Made by a program: the position numbers and the translations under genes. Below the pieces are notes generated by a model. That model was not told the DNA's origin, made no database searches, and saw only the letters and a program-made list of their open reading frames with translations. Positions 47,670 to 57,107 of a stretch of 64,000 nt of DNA are shown here, one piece after another (position 1 is the stretch's first letter; the number at the start of each line of letters is the position of its first letter). The DNA is from a virus: positions 7,810 to 71,809 of IMG/VR virus record IMGVR_UViG_3300037882_003535; one strand, given 5' to 3'.

Positions 47670-48032
47670 ATGCGAACCTGCACAAAACTTTCAAAGCAAC
47701 CTGCCCTAATTTACGTAAAACAGATAGAGTATGTGAACGCGATCGCAGCCTACAACGCAGCATCCGTGAGCCTCGACAACGAGACGCTACAAATCGACTG
47801 TAGTGTAGGCTTTGATGAGACCTTGAAGAACGAACATCAGCGACGAGCAAAACGCGCGCAGATGATGCTACGTCCTGGGTTTCAGGGGTTGCAAAGCGAC
47901 GTATTGCGGCTAAAGCAGGCCATGGGGATCTGTGAGGCTGAATATCTGAAGATTCGTCGATCGTTCGACGTGATGAAGATTCAAGCAAGTAGTGGTGTTG
48001 ATCGTGCGGGAAAACTCCCCGAAAGCATTTGA
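47670..48032 (+). CDS. hypothetical protein
   Basis: 120 aa helical ORF in the tail operon. Confidence 0.5.
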   Translation: MRTCTKLSKQPALIYVKQIEYVNAIAAYNAASVSLDNETLQIDCSVGFDETLKNEHQRRAKRAQMMLRPGFQGLQSDVLRLKQAMGICEAEYLKIRRSFDVMKIQASSGVDRAGKLPESI

Positions 48033-48041
48033 GCCGCGATC

Positions 48042-49508
48042 GTGACGACAATTACAGGGATTATTCGGGATAGCGGAAACGCTTTGCTATCAGGCGCTCT
48101 AGATGTGCGCCTGGATGCATATATGCTCGATCGATCGACGACGCCTGACTCTATCTTGACGACGCAACCCAAAACTTTTGCGATCGTCAATGGGGCAATT
48201 AATATTTCACTGCCTGAGTCTGAGACACAGAACCAGACCTATTATTTCGAGTTTTTCTCTGAGGCGACCCAGGTCTCTTATTTTTTCCCAGAGGGAGGCC
48301 AGTACACGGGTCCCGTTCATCAGTGGACAGATCTGAAGTGGTACGTCGGCGACGTGCATGAGGCAAACTCTAAGGTACTTTTTCGCGCAACACCAACAAT
48401 TAGGACCAAGGTTTTCGATCGGCGAGTTGTCATCCCAAATGTTGCGTCTGTTGAATTCTCGGACCTGCTTCCGACTGGCGTCACCACCGACGTTTTAGAC
48501 ACCTCCATTAGACGGCTTGCTCAACTACTGACGGGCGACGTGCAATATGCCCAAGCTTTGCGCGGAGGGCCAGATCCAAAGGGTCCGTGGAATACAACCA
48601 CTTATTATCAGAAAGATGATTTTGTAACCTATGCGGGATCTAGTTGGCTTTGCATCGCGACGGCTCCGATCGTCAGTTCAACTCCAAACGATGCGAACCC
48701 AAACTGGCTTTGCATTGCAAAAAAAGGCGATGCAGGTGGGACCGGAGGGCAAGCTACCGCTTACAGTGCGTCAGGATGGCTAAACCAGTTGTGGGCACCT
48801 TCTGCGGGCGTTTTAAGAAATGTAATCGAGGGTTTAGCGAAGCTAACGGATATTGCGAACCTAGCATCGATCGCCTCTCCAGCATTTACCGGAAACCCGA
48901 GTCGAACGACTTCACCATTGGCCTCTGACCGATCGCAGCAAATTCCAACAACTAGCTGGGTGGGGGGACTTTTCGCGACGATCGATTCCCCGGCATTTAC
49001 GTCAAACCCATCTGCGCCGACACAGGCTGTTACGGATGTTTCGGGAAAGCTTGCAACGACGAAATTCGTTGACGATTACTCCCGTGCGCGGACTTGGGGG
49101 ACGATCGTCTACGCACAACAAAACAGTGCATTTTCGTTTCCGGCTTCGATCTACACAATGATTCCATTTACAACAGAACTTGTTGATTCAGCAAATCTTT
49201 TTTTGAATGGAATTTTCACCCCAGCCGCAACAGGATTGTATGACATTAGCTACGGGGGAGGGATGACGGTTCCGAGTGGGGCTGTCGGACTCTATGCAGT
49301 AGCGCTCCATCAGGGATCGAGTCTTATCGGGATCTTGTTTTTAGATGTAACTACCTCTGGAACAGTTTGGCAATCTGGAACTGTTCGCTTAAATCTTGTT
49401 GCAGGGACGCCCTACAATCTTCGGATTTATGTCTCAGGAAGCAATCCAAGCATTCCGACCGGAACTCCGCCAAATTGGATTTCGATCGATCGCGTTTCTT
49501 TACTGTAA
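48042..49508 (+). CDS. tail fibre protein (C1q-like tip)
   Basis: KGPWNTTTYY, repeated SPAFTGNP..T...ATT.FV, FTPAATGLYDI. Confidence 0.82.
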   Translation: MTTITGIIRDSGNALLSGALDVRLDAYMLDRSTTPDSILTTQPKTFAIVNGAINISLPESETQNQTYYFEFFSEATQVSYFFPEGGQYTGPVHQWTDLKWYVGDVHEANSKVLFRATPTIRTKVFDRRVVIPNVASVEFSDLLPTGVTTDVLDTSIRRLAQLLTGDVQYAQALRGGPDPKGPWNTTTYYQKDDFVTYAGSSWLCIATAPIVSSTPNDANPNWLCIAKKGDAGGTGGQATAYSASGWLNQLWAPSAGVLRNVIEGLAKLTDIANLASIASPAFTGNPSRTTSPLASDRSQQIPTTSWVGGLFATIDSPAFTSNPSAPTQAVTDVSGKLATTKFVDDYSRARTWGTIVYAQQNSAFSFPASIYTMIPFTTELVDSANLFLNGIFTPAATGLYDISYGGGMTVPSGAVGLYAVALHQGSSLIGILFLDVTTSGTVWQSGTVRLNLVAGTPYNLRIYVSGSNPSIPTGTPPNWISIDRVSLL

Positions 49509-49514
49509 AAAATC

Positions 49515-50867
49515 ATGAAAACGACCTTTGCACCTGGAACTAAAGTTACTGCCTCTTGGCTGAATGCAATTCAGTCACTGACTTTTGACGATGAGGATTT
49601 AGACGGACACCTACCTAGAATTACGGATGCAATGCTCAGTAATGCGGCGGGAAACCTGAAGGCCGTTTGGTCGGGATTTAGTAATCAATTTTTGGTGAGG
49701 GCATCCACAGGATTATCTGTGACAATCGAAGGAGGAGTTTTTACGAACTCTCAGGATTTGGGGATGACTATCGCTCCGAGTGCATTGGCAATGCCTGCCA
49801 GTGCGACGACATATATCTGGGTGACAGATGCAGGCACTTTTGCGTCGGGAGCAAGTTTGCCAGTCATCGCGTTACCAATTGCGGCGGTGACGACGGGTCC
49901 AAGCGGAGTTTTAAGTGTCTCTGATTTACGGCCTAGATTTAAAGTGGGGCCGCAATCTCGGGCGATCGCGGTCTTTGGTGGACGCAGCAATACGGATTTA
50001 GTTTATGCGTCAAATGCGTCGATCGATGGGGTGATCAATTGTCGAAATTTCACTTTAAATGCTGGGGCCACACTAACAGTTCCTTCAGGACTTCTGAAAA
50101 TTGTGGCGTCGGGGACGGTGACAATCAATGGAACGATAATCGTTTCACCACCGATCGGGGGGGGAGCCTTTTTCAGTGGGGGGGTGGCGGCACCTGCGCT
50201 ATTGCTATCCGATTCAGGAAAAGGATTTGGGGGCGGGGCGGGGCACAATGCGGCGGGGGGGCTGAGTTACCCTCTTGAAGCAAGTTCGTTTGGATCAGGG
50301 GGGGCGAGTGGGCTTGCATCCATACCTATAACGACCTCAGCATTCGGTAGTGCTGCCTTCACCTCAAGCCGTGGGGGGAATGGGGGGGGAGCCTTAATTA
50401 TTGAAGCGGCTGGAATTGTATCGATTACAGGGTTGATTAACTGCAATGGAGGCAATGCGGCGGCTGGAACGATTGTAAGCGTGACGAATGCAGAAGCGTT
50501 CATTACTGGAGGCGGAGGCGGATCAGGGGGGGCGATTATGCTCCGGTCTTTGGCGGCGGTGATCGTGACATCGTCGGGGGTCCTCTTTGTGCGAGGAGGA
50601 AATGGAGCCGATGCGAGGACTAGTAACAATCTTAACCTATCAGCAGGTGGGGGTGGGGGTGGGGGTGGAAGAGTTGTCGTGGCGTCGCCAAACACAAATT
50701 TGACGGGGTCTACCATCATCCTTTCAGGCGGCGCGCCGGGTTTAAATGCAGGTTCTGGTGGGGGGGTTAATGGCTCCTCTGGGGGTGGGTTCGGCGGGGC
50801 TGGGGGCGCGCCACAGAGCGCAGGGACGATCGGGCAACTCACACTTCAGTCATTTATCACGGTATAA
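49515..50867 (+). CDS. glycine-rich tail fibre protein
   Basis: KVTASWLNAIQ N-terminus, GGGGGSGG repeats. Confidence 0.78.
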   Translation: MKTTFAPGTKVTASWLNAIQSLTFDDEDLDGHLPRITDAMLSNAAGNLKAVWSGFSNQFLVRASTGLSVTIEGGVFTNSQDLGMTIAPSALAMPASATTYIWVTDAGTFASGASLPVIALPIAAVTTGPSGVLSVSDLRPRFKVGPQSRAIAVFGGRSNTDLVYASNASIDGVINCRNFTLNAGATLTVPSGLLKIVASGTVTINGTIIVSPPIGGGAFFSGGVAAPALLLSDSGKGFGGGAGHNAAGGLSYPLEASSFGSGGASGLASIPITTSAFGSAAFTSSRGGNGGGALIIEAAGIVSITGLINCNGGNAAAGTIVSVTNAEAFITGGGGGSGGAIMLRSLAAVIVTSSGVLFVRGGNGADARTSNNLNLSAGGGGGGGGRVVVASPNTNLTGSTIILSGGAPGLNAGSGGGVNGSSGGGFGGAGGAPQSAGTIGQLTLQSFITV

Positions 50868-50870
50868 ATT

Positions 50871-51389
50871 ATGCGGCTACTTGTTCTTGATGGATTGATT
50901 GCAGGCATTGCTGGGGCGGAAGTGGAAGAATCATCTCTTCCCACAGGGTTTACGATCGCGGAATACGCCGAGGAAGTGCCGATCGAATCCTTATATTTTC
51001 TGGATGGAGAAGTCAATCCAATTCCTGATAGACCGAGCGATCGGCATCATTGGAATGGGAAAGAATGGGTTGAACTGATCATCCAGGAAGTCATCGCCTC
51101 TCAAGCCTCAGATTGGGAGGGGCTTTTGAGTGACTTACGCAGCTCTGTTTTTTGGCAGAAAGCTTTTCAAGCAGCATCAACCTCATTGCCTGCAAATGCC
51201 GCTTGGACAGTGCTTCAGAGCAGTTTAACGGCAACTCGCCATTCAGAAGATTTTGAGTTTGCGATCGGGGCGTTGCGGCGGGCGATGGCGGCGGGCGATG
51301 GCGGCGATTTTACCCAGAATCAGATCAAGATGCTGAACAAGATGCTGGCCGATCGAGGATTTGGTTTCAAAATCCCCCTGACACTGTAG
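50871..51389 (+). CDS. tail fibre assembly chaperone-like protein
   Basis: PDRPSDRHHWNGKEWV motif; follows the fibre genes. Confidence 0.65.
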   Translation: MRLLVLDGLIAGIAGAEVEESSLPTGFTIAEYAEEVPIESLYFLDGEVNPIPDRPSDRHHWNGKEWVELIIQEVIASQASDWEGLLSDLRSSVFWQKAFQAASTSLPANAAWTVLQSSLTATRHSEDFEFAIGALRRAMAAGDGGDFTQNQIKMLNKMLADRGFGFKIPLTL

Positions 51390-51512
51390 TTTTTTGAAAT
51401 TCAAGAGGCTCTGATGGCAAGGGATTCACGATCGAGCCTAGATTTTGATTCTAGATAATAGACGTTATATAGAATCAGACAACTATGAGACAACTTTAGG
51501 GAGGTGGCAGGA

Positions 51513-52064
51513 ATGAGCAGGATTTTAGAGGTTCCTTACTTCTACCAGAGAGACAATGATGAGGCTCTGCATGGTCCCGGATGGCGACAGTGCAACCTGA
51601 CGAGCCATGCGATGGCGATCGATTTCCTCAAGAAAGGCCAACTGCGAAACGAGGGTTTCCGAAGAAGTGTTGAGCCGGAGACGGTCTACGGGCAAGCGTT
51701 GATCGATTTTGGCGACACGCGGGAGCATCATGCACACACCCAATGCCTGCTCGATCGGTTTGGGATTCGGAGTGATTGGCGGACGGACTTGTCTAAGGCG
51801 ATTGTGCTGAAGCAGCTTGATATGGGGTTCCCAGTACCGATCGGAGTGGCATATCGGACGGATGGCCATATCATTTGCGCGATCGGCTACGACGATAATG
51901 GGCTGATTATTAATGACCCCTATGGCTCTCGCTATGGGGCGAGTGATGACTACAGTATGGTCGGAGGGGAACGCGATCGGTATTCGTGGAAGTTGCTGGA
52001 TAGTATTTTTTGGGATATTGGACCGGAGCACGGGTGGGGACGGGTCATCCATGGACTACTCTGA
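51513..52064 (+). CDS. C39-like cysteine peptidase (probable endolysin)
   Basis: VPYFYQRDN, QCNLTS, GHII, INDPYG. Confidence 0.8.
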   Translation: MSRILEVPYFYQRDNDEALHGPGWRQCNLTSHAMAIDFLKKGQLRNEGFRRSVEPETVYGQALIDFGDTREHHAHTQCLLDRFGIRSDWRTDLSKAIVLKQLDMGFPVPIGVAYRTDGHIICAIGYDDNGLIINDPYGSRYGASDDYSMVGGERDRYSWKLLDSIFWDIGPEHGWGRVIHGLL

Positions 52065-52863
52065 CGATCGGCTGATTGGGATTTGGTTGACTAGTAAGGC
52101 CGATGCGACTCAGGATGCCTATGCGCGAGCGGTCATTCAGTTCCGAAAAGAGTTCATGGGGCGATCGTTGAAATCGATTACGATCGAGGATATGCAGACT
52201 TTTGAGGCGCTGGTACAGAGGATTTACACCAAGGATTCAACTAGGCGTCTCAAAATCAATGCGATCAAGAGTCTGTTTTCGTTTGCGGTGCTGCATGGGG
52301 CGATCGCCTCGTCCCCTGCGGCTATACTGCGGCTCCCACCACTGAATCCAAATCTCTCGAAGAAACTGATGCTGGAGGAAGAAGTTCTGCGGCTTTTCGC
52401 GGTGGATATTCCCCTACGCGATCGGGCGATGTTGCAATTCACTTATCTGACGGGGAGCCGAGTCAGTGAGGTTTGCGCGACGAAGTGGGCTGATTTCGTT
52501 GAACGATCGGATGGGACGGTGCAGGTGAATATCTGGCGATCGAAGTCACATCGGATGTGTCCGGTGATTTTGCCGGGGGCTTTTTGGGAAAGCCTTTTGG
52601 GATTCAAGGGGATTGACGCTCGGGTGTTTCCCATCTCCAGACAGCAGGCCCATGGAATCATAAAACATGCTGTCGAACTTGCGGGGTTGGATCCGAAAAT
52701 TAGTATGCATTGGCTCCGACATGCCCATGCAAGAATTGCATTGGAAAAGGGCGCGGATCTCGTGACCATTCGGGATACGCTCGGACACTCAAACATTTCT
52801 GTAACGAACTGGTATCTAACCTCACTGCCCGATCGATCGTCGAGTCAGATGCTTCAAATTTAA
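52051..52863 (+). CDS. tyrosine recombinase (XerC/D-like)
   Basis: TGSRVSE, HWLRH, LGHSNISVTNWY; no N-terminal arm-binding domain. Confidence 0.9.
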   Translation: MDYSDDRLIGIWLTSKADATQDAYARAVIQFRKEFMGRSLKSITIEDMQTFEALVQRIYTKDSTRRLKINAIKSLFSFAVLHGAIASSPAAILRLPPLNPNLSKKLMLEEEVLRLFAVDIPLRDRAMLQFTYLTGSRVSEVCATKWADFVERSDGTVQVNIWRSKSHRMCPVILPGAFWESLLGFKGIDARVFPISRQQAHGIIKHAVELAGLDPKISMHWLRHAHARIALEKGADLVTIRDTLGHSNISVTNWYLTSLPDRSSSQMLQI

Positions 52864-52975
52864 AGTTTTAAGAAAGATTTGTCTTTTTAGGTGGATCCTA
52901 GGGGTTTTCTCTATTCTTTTTTTGCATTAAGAAATGCTATATAGGCATCATCCCCAGTTTCTTAATCTTCTTTTT

Positions 52976-53671
52976 ATGATTTGTGATTTTTTGAGCTTGC
53001 AGGCGTATCGGGCGAGTGGGCGAGTGGATCAGGAACGGCAGTGTAAGGAGGCTCTGGTCAAGGCGAATATCGGGCTGGTGATTAAGATCGCAGCGACGTT
53101 TCACAAGTCGTCGGAGGCTCCGATCGCTGACCTGAAGCAGGAAGGTGCAATCGGCCTTTTGAAGGCGATCGACGGCTTTGACCCGAGTAAAGGAATGAAG
53201 TTTTCGAGCTATGCGGTCCCGAAAATTCGGGGGGAGATTTTGCATTACCTGCGCGATCGTGCGCCATTGATGCGGGTACCCCGACCTTACTGGGATGCCT
53301 ATAAGGCTGTGGCGGCGGATCAGAAAAGCCTTGAGAAACAGGGATATATGCTGTCGATGAAGTCGATCGCATTAATGAAGGGGAAAACGGAGGAGGAGTG
53401 GCGAGAAATTTCGATCGCTTGCACGGCGAGAATCTCGGATGCGGCGATCAATCTGCCTGCGGGGAGATCGGAAGAGTCGGTGGATGCGGGCGAGGTCTTT
53501 GGGGCGTTGTCAAAGTTGTCGGATCGAGATCGATCGATTTTTGTCAGCTTTGCAATGAGGTCAGAGGGGCGGTCTGTGGCGGATATCGCGGTGCATTATG
53601 GCGAGTCGGAGACAGATGTTCAGGATGCGATCGATCGATCGCGGCAAATTCTCAAAGCTCAACTGGTATAA
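52976..53671 (+). CDS. group-3 sigma-70 factor (SigF/SigJ-like), second copy
   Basis: DLKQEGAIGLLKAIDGFDPSKGMKFSSYAVPKIRGEILHYLRD. Confidence 0.9.
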   Translation: MICDFLSLQAYRASGRVDQERQCKEALVKANIGLVIKIAATFHKSSEAPIADLKQEGAIGLLKAIDGFDPSKGMKFSSYAVPKIRGEILHYLRDRAPLMRVPRPYWDAYKAVAADQKSLEKQGYMLSMKSIALMKGKTEEEWREISIACTARISDAAINLPAGRSEESVDAGEVFGALSKLSDRDRSIFVSFAMRSEGRSVADIAVHYGESETDVQDAIDRSRQILKAQLV

Positions 53672-53679
53672 ATTCACTC

Positions 53680-53699
53680 CCGACCATGGTCGGCATTTG
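53680..53699. repeat. palindrome CCGACCATGGTCGG (second copy)
   Basis: identical to 26626-26645. Confidence 0.8.
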
Positions 53700-53725
53700 T
53701 TATGTCTTTAGTCTGTGATGTGGTG

Positions 53726-54361
53726 ATGGGTTTGACGGTGGATGAGAAGATTCGGTTGGCGAATCTGGAGGAGCGGATTGACGATCGGGTTCGCGGGATG
53801 GCGGAAATCGGAGAGGCGCTGGGGGAGATTCGGGAGTCTCGATTATATCGGGAGGCTTATCAGAGTTTTGATGAGTACTGCCAAAATCGCTGGTCTTTTT
53901 CACGGGACCGAGCGGATCAGATGATTGGGGCGCAGGCGATCGTTAAGGCGATGGCGGAGAGCGGGAAGGTGCGATCGAAAATCCTGCCCTCACGAGAACG
54001 ACATGTGAGGGCACTTAAGCCGTTATCGGTCGAGCAGCAAGCGGAGGCTTGGGATGAGGCGGTGGAAGTGGCGGGGGGTGAGCCGACGCAGCAGCAGGTG
54101 AAAGCGGCGGTGACGGCGAGGATGGCGGTGGTCGATCGGGTGGAGTCACCGCAGTATGGGCAGGTGGTGACGGTGAAGAAGACGGAGGGGGCGATCGTGA
54201 CAGCGGTGACGGCGACGGGTGCGAAGGCAACGTTTTTGCAGCAAGATTTGACGCCGTTGCCGGAGCCGATCGAGCTATTGAGGAAAGTTTTGAGCTATCC
54301 GATCGAGGCTATTGTTCCGTCTGCGCTGATGCAGCAGTGTCGCCAGGTGCTTGGCATCTGA
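53726..54361 (+). CDS. putative DNA-binding protein (DUF3102/ParB-HTH-like)
   Basis: IGEALGEIRESRLYREAYQSFDEYCQNRWSFSR, LPSRERHVRAL. Confidence 0.65.
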   Translation: MGLTVDEKIRLANLEERIDDRVRGMAEIGEALGEIRESRLYREAYQSFDEYCQNRWSFSRDRADQMIGAQAIVKAMAESGKVRSKILPSRERHVRALKPLSVEQQAEAWDEAVEVAGGEPTQQQVKAAVTARMAVVDRVESPQYGQVVTVKKTEGAIVTAVTATGAKATFLQQDLTPLPEPIELLRKVLSYPIEAIVPSALMQQCRQVLGI

Positions 54362-54540
54362 TGCCATCGCGGACTTGGCGGGCGATGCGTTCTAGAATTG
54401 TGGCGGCGGCGGGAGAGCAGACGGACTGAAACCGTTCGAGGACTCGCCAGATGACGGCTTCAAGAAGTGTTAGAGGCATTTTTGTGGGGGATTGAGCGAT
54501 CGGTCTAGTCTTTAAACTGAGTTCACAAAAAAGTCATTAA

Positions 54541-54572
54541 AAAGGACGATCGGGGTAGCTCGATCGTCCTTT
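54541..54572. terminator. bidirectional HIP1-based terminator
   Basis: AAAGGACGATCG-N8-CGATCGTCCTTT between the convergent arms. Confidence 0.7.
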
Positions 54573-54620
54573 ATACTAAGGGATTCAGCGATTTTACTGG
54601 ATCCATTTTTGGTAAATTTA

Positions 54621-55457
54621 TTAGAAATTTAAGATTTGTGGGAATTCTCTGCGGCGGATTCCCAGTGGGAATTCTTCGATGTCTCCACCCTTCCGGTGAA
54701 CTAGCGGTATCGGAAGTTCTTCATAGAAAACTTTTGTCCCCAGTTGTTTTACGAATAGAGGGATTCGGAGCTTAGCGGACTGTGCGGCGATCGAGACGAT
54801 CCAATCCAAGTCGGTCGATCGTGCATTTGGCCCGGACTCACCTCCGACGATAATCCAATCAATCTGATCTCGAACTTTTATTGTGATGGGTTCGAGTAAT
54901 GGTTCCATACTCAGGAATTTCACTTTTGCATCAATGAAGGCTAGCTCATTGGTGCGATCGTTGAAGGTCTTTTGGTTTTCGGTTGTGATGCCAAACCAAA
55001 CGTTTCTGGGGGCAATCATGAAGGTTCGCCATTTGTCCGCGACTTCGGCTCCGGGGGTGCCTTGCCAGTCACGCATGACAGATGCCATTCGATCGTGAAA
55101 CAACTCTGGACGCTTGGTTACTAACTGCCAGTCGAGGTTTGGGGTTTCCTGAATCAATTCAAGTAAATCGCAAAGCCAGTGAGACGGAACTTCTGGATCT
55201 AACCAATCGGCTAGGCTTGCACAGAAAACTTTGGTGCGGACTCCAGCTTTTGCTGATTTTCGATCGAGCGATCGGACAGCTTTCCAATTGGATTTGCTTG
55301 TTCGATGGCGTTGTTTGCCTTTGCCCCATTCGATGCCCATAGTGCGAACAGGAGTGGAATGTTCGGCGTAGCAATTGGCGCAACCGGGCGATACTTTGGT
55401 GCATCCGATCCACGGGTTAAAGGTGTAGTCGGTCCATTCGATTAGTGATTTTTGCAT
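54621..55457 (-). CDS. DUF5131 / phage Gp37-Gp68 radical-SAM-like protein
   Basis: NPWIGCTKVSPGCANCYA, LVTKRP, SMEPLL, WIIVGGESG. Confidence 0.9.
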   Translation of the reverse strand: MQKSLIEWTDYTFNPWIGCTKVSPGCANCYAEHSTPVRTMGIEWGKGKQRHRTSKSNWKAVRSLDRKSAKAGVRTKVFCASLADWLDPEVPSHWLCDLLELIQETPNLDWQLVTKRPELFHDRMASVMRDWQGTPGAEVADKWRTFMIAPRNVWFGITTENQKTFNDRTNELAFIDAKVKFLSMEPLLEPITIKVRDQIDWIIVGGESGPNARSTDLDWIVSIAAQSAKLRIPLFVKQLGTKVFYEELPIPLVHRKGGDIEEFPLGIRRREFPQILNF

Positions 55458-55497
55458 GATTTTACTTTATTGATTTGATAGGAGAATCTAACTTTTT

Positions 55498-55884
55498 CTA
55501 AAGTGCTCTGATCAAGACTCCAGAGACCTTGCTGACCTTTACTAACTCGAACGTCGTCAATGGGTAGACATTATCTAGAACCCATCCATAGGGGCCTGAA
55601 AACCATTCTGAGCTTGAATACTCAACACACCCCACAAAACGGGCCACACAGACGATCAATCCGCAATCTTCTTGATCATTTTCTGGGTTTTCAAATAGCC
55701 CTGAAGGGTTTATTTCTTCAAGAAATTGAGCACCATTTTCATCCCACTTTTTCCCATTGTGAATTGCGATGTAAGAGCCAACAGGGAGAAAGCATGGATG
55801 GGTTCGATTTTCAACACGTTTATTAAGAGCGCGGACCGCCCATCCCCATGGGCGGTGAAGCGTCAAACCTCTAATTATTGCCAT
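55498..55884 (-). pseudogene. ASCH-domain protein with an apparent 1-bp frameshift near the C-terminus
   Basis: LTLHRPW..KRVENR..IAIH; the conserved KGQQGLW lies in the -1 frame after the G run at 55562-55564. Confidence 0.65.
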
Positions 55885-56077
55885 AGTAGTTTAGCTCCAG
55901 AATTCTGCGTAATGGAATAAGTGCCACTTGAGGAACGATCGAGTTCCCGAGGGCTTTCAATCGGTCTTTGTGGTTTGGGACTTTGGTCTCAAGCGAGGCG
56001 ATCGGAAGTGCGCTGGGAAGGTCTTCGAGTTTTAGGAAATGTCGGTCCAATCCGGCGGATAGGTCTAAATGTTTCAT
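55871..56077 (-). pseudogene. internally deleted C5 DNA-cytosine methyltransferase remnant
   Basis: MKHLDL (start of motif I) joined to SAGLDR...RLKALGNSIVPQVA (motif X). Confidence 0.7.
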
Positions 56078-56310
56078 AATTGAGCCTTTGTATTTCCGTA
56101 CTCCCATTCGATCATGAGGCCAAAGCATAGCCACCGATACAAGGGTGAAAATGCGGAATGGACAGGCTTCCAAGTCCACCAGGTCAGGCGAAATCTAAGG
56201 CCAATAGAAAACCCTACGATCGGTTTTCCATTCCACAAGCCGACAAAACCACGATCGCGCCAACGCAAACCTAAAAATTCAAGAATTAATTGAATAAGTT
56301 CCTTAATCAT
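56074..56310 (-). CDS. hypothetical small protein
   Basis: 78 aa, ATGA-coupled on both sides. Confidence 0.6.
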   Translation of the reverse strand: MIKELIQLILEFLGLRWRDRGFVGLWNGKPIVGFSIGLRFRLTWWTWKPVHSAFSPLYRWLCFGLMIEWEYGNTKAQL

Positions 56311-57107
56311 GATGCGTCCTCAATTCTTTTAAACTGGATCACCCAGACCCATGGATTGGCTTTGATACCGAAACCACGTTTTTTGTTTAACTTGTCCCAG
56401 TAATTCAAGAATGCCAATCGTGGGGAGGCAAGGCAGTGGGCCGTATCTTTTGGTTTATCTTCCATACTCCATCGGCAATTGTCGAACTGCCCCCAACCCA
56501 AGGGGATATCAGGGATATGTCGGGCACCTTCGGCGATCGCCTCTTCATCGGTAATCGATCGAAGCTTCTCCACTCGAACGTCTTTGATGTCTAGAATCGT
56601 TCGACAAGCATTGCGAGGGAGAAATATCGAAGGTCTCCATTTCAAGGGACTTGGGTATGGGTGAGGCATTGGATGCCATCCTGTTGCGTATGGATTCAGT
56701 TGAGATGAGGAAACTTCATTAATAAGTTTTTCCCAAACATCATCAACTCGGTATTTCTCCCAAGTATCCCGAGGACTTATGTTTTTGACCGCGCCACCAG
56801 CTTTATATTCAATCATCATCCAATCAAAGTCCTCGCCCCAAGAGTTTGGTCGCCAAGTTTCACGGACCCAGAGCCGATCGCCTGCTAGACCGTAGGGGCT
56901 TTTAAAGTGCATTTGGGCTGGGCCACCTTCTAGATTTCCAAAACCAGTGATGCAGCCTTTGGGGGTGGAGTTGTCGGTACCGAAGTGAGTGATCCATTCG
57001 GGGACTTTATCTAAAACTCTCCGAGTTGTTGTTTTACGACCGTCGGCGATCGCTTGCACCATGGGAGTGCTGAAAAGAGTTGGCGAATCTTTCATTTCAT
57101 CTCCCAT
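56307..57107 (-). CDS. ASCH/PUA-like phage protein
   Basis: FSTPMVQAIADGRKTTTRR, GDRLWVRETW, WRPSIFLPR, NPWVWVIQF. Confidence 0.8.
   Translation of the reverse strand: MGDEMKDSPTLFSTPMVQAIADGRKTTTRRVLDKVPEWITHFGTDNSTPKGCITGFGNLEGGPAQMHFKSPYGLAGDRLWVRETWRPNSWGEDFDWMMIEYKAGGAVKNISPRDTWEKYRVDDVWEKLINEVSSSQLNPYATGWHPMPHPYPSPLKWRPSIFLPRNACRTILDIKDVRVEKLRSITDEEAIAEGARHIPDIPLGWGQFDNCRWSMEDKPKDTAHCLASPRLAFLNYWDKLNKKRGFGIKANPWVWVIQFKRIEDAS

Noticed and set aside
48042-52863. Diversity-generating retroelement or invertible tail-fibre cassette
   Set aside because: No reverse transcriptase, TR/VR pair or inverted fibre fragments were seen
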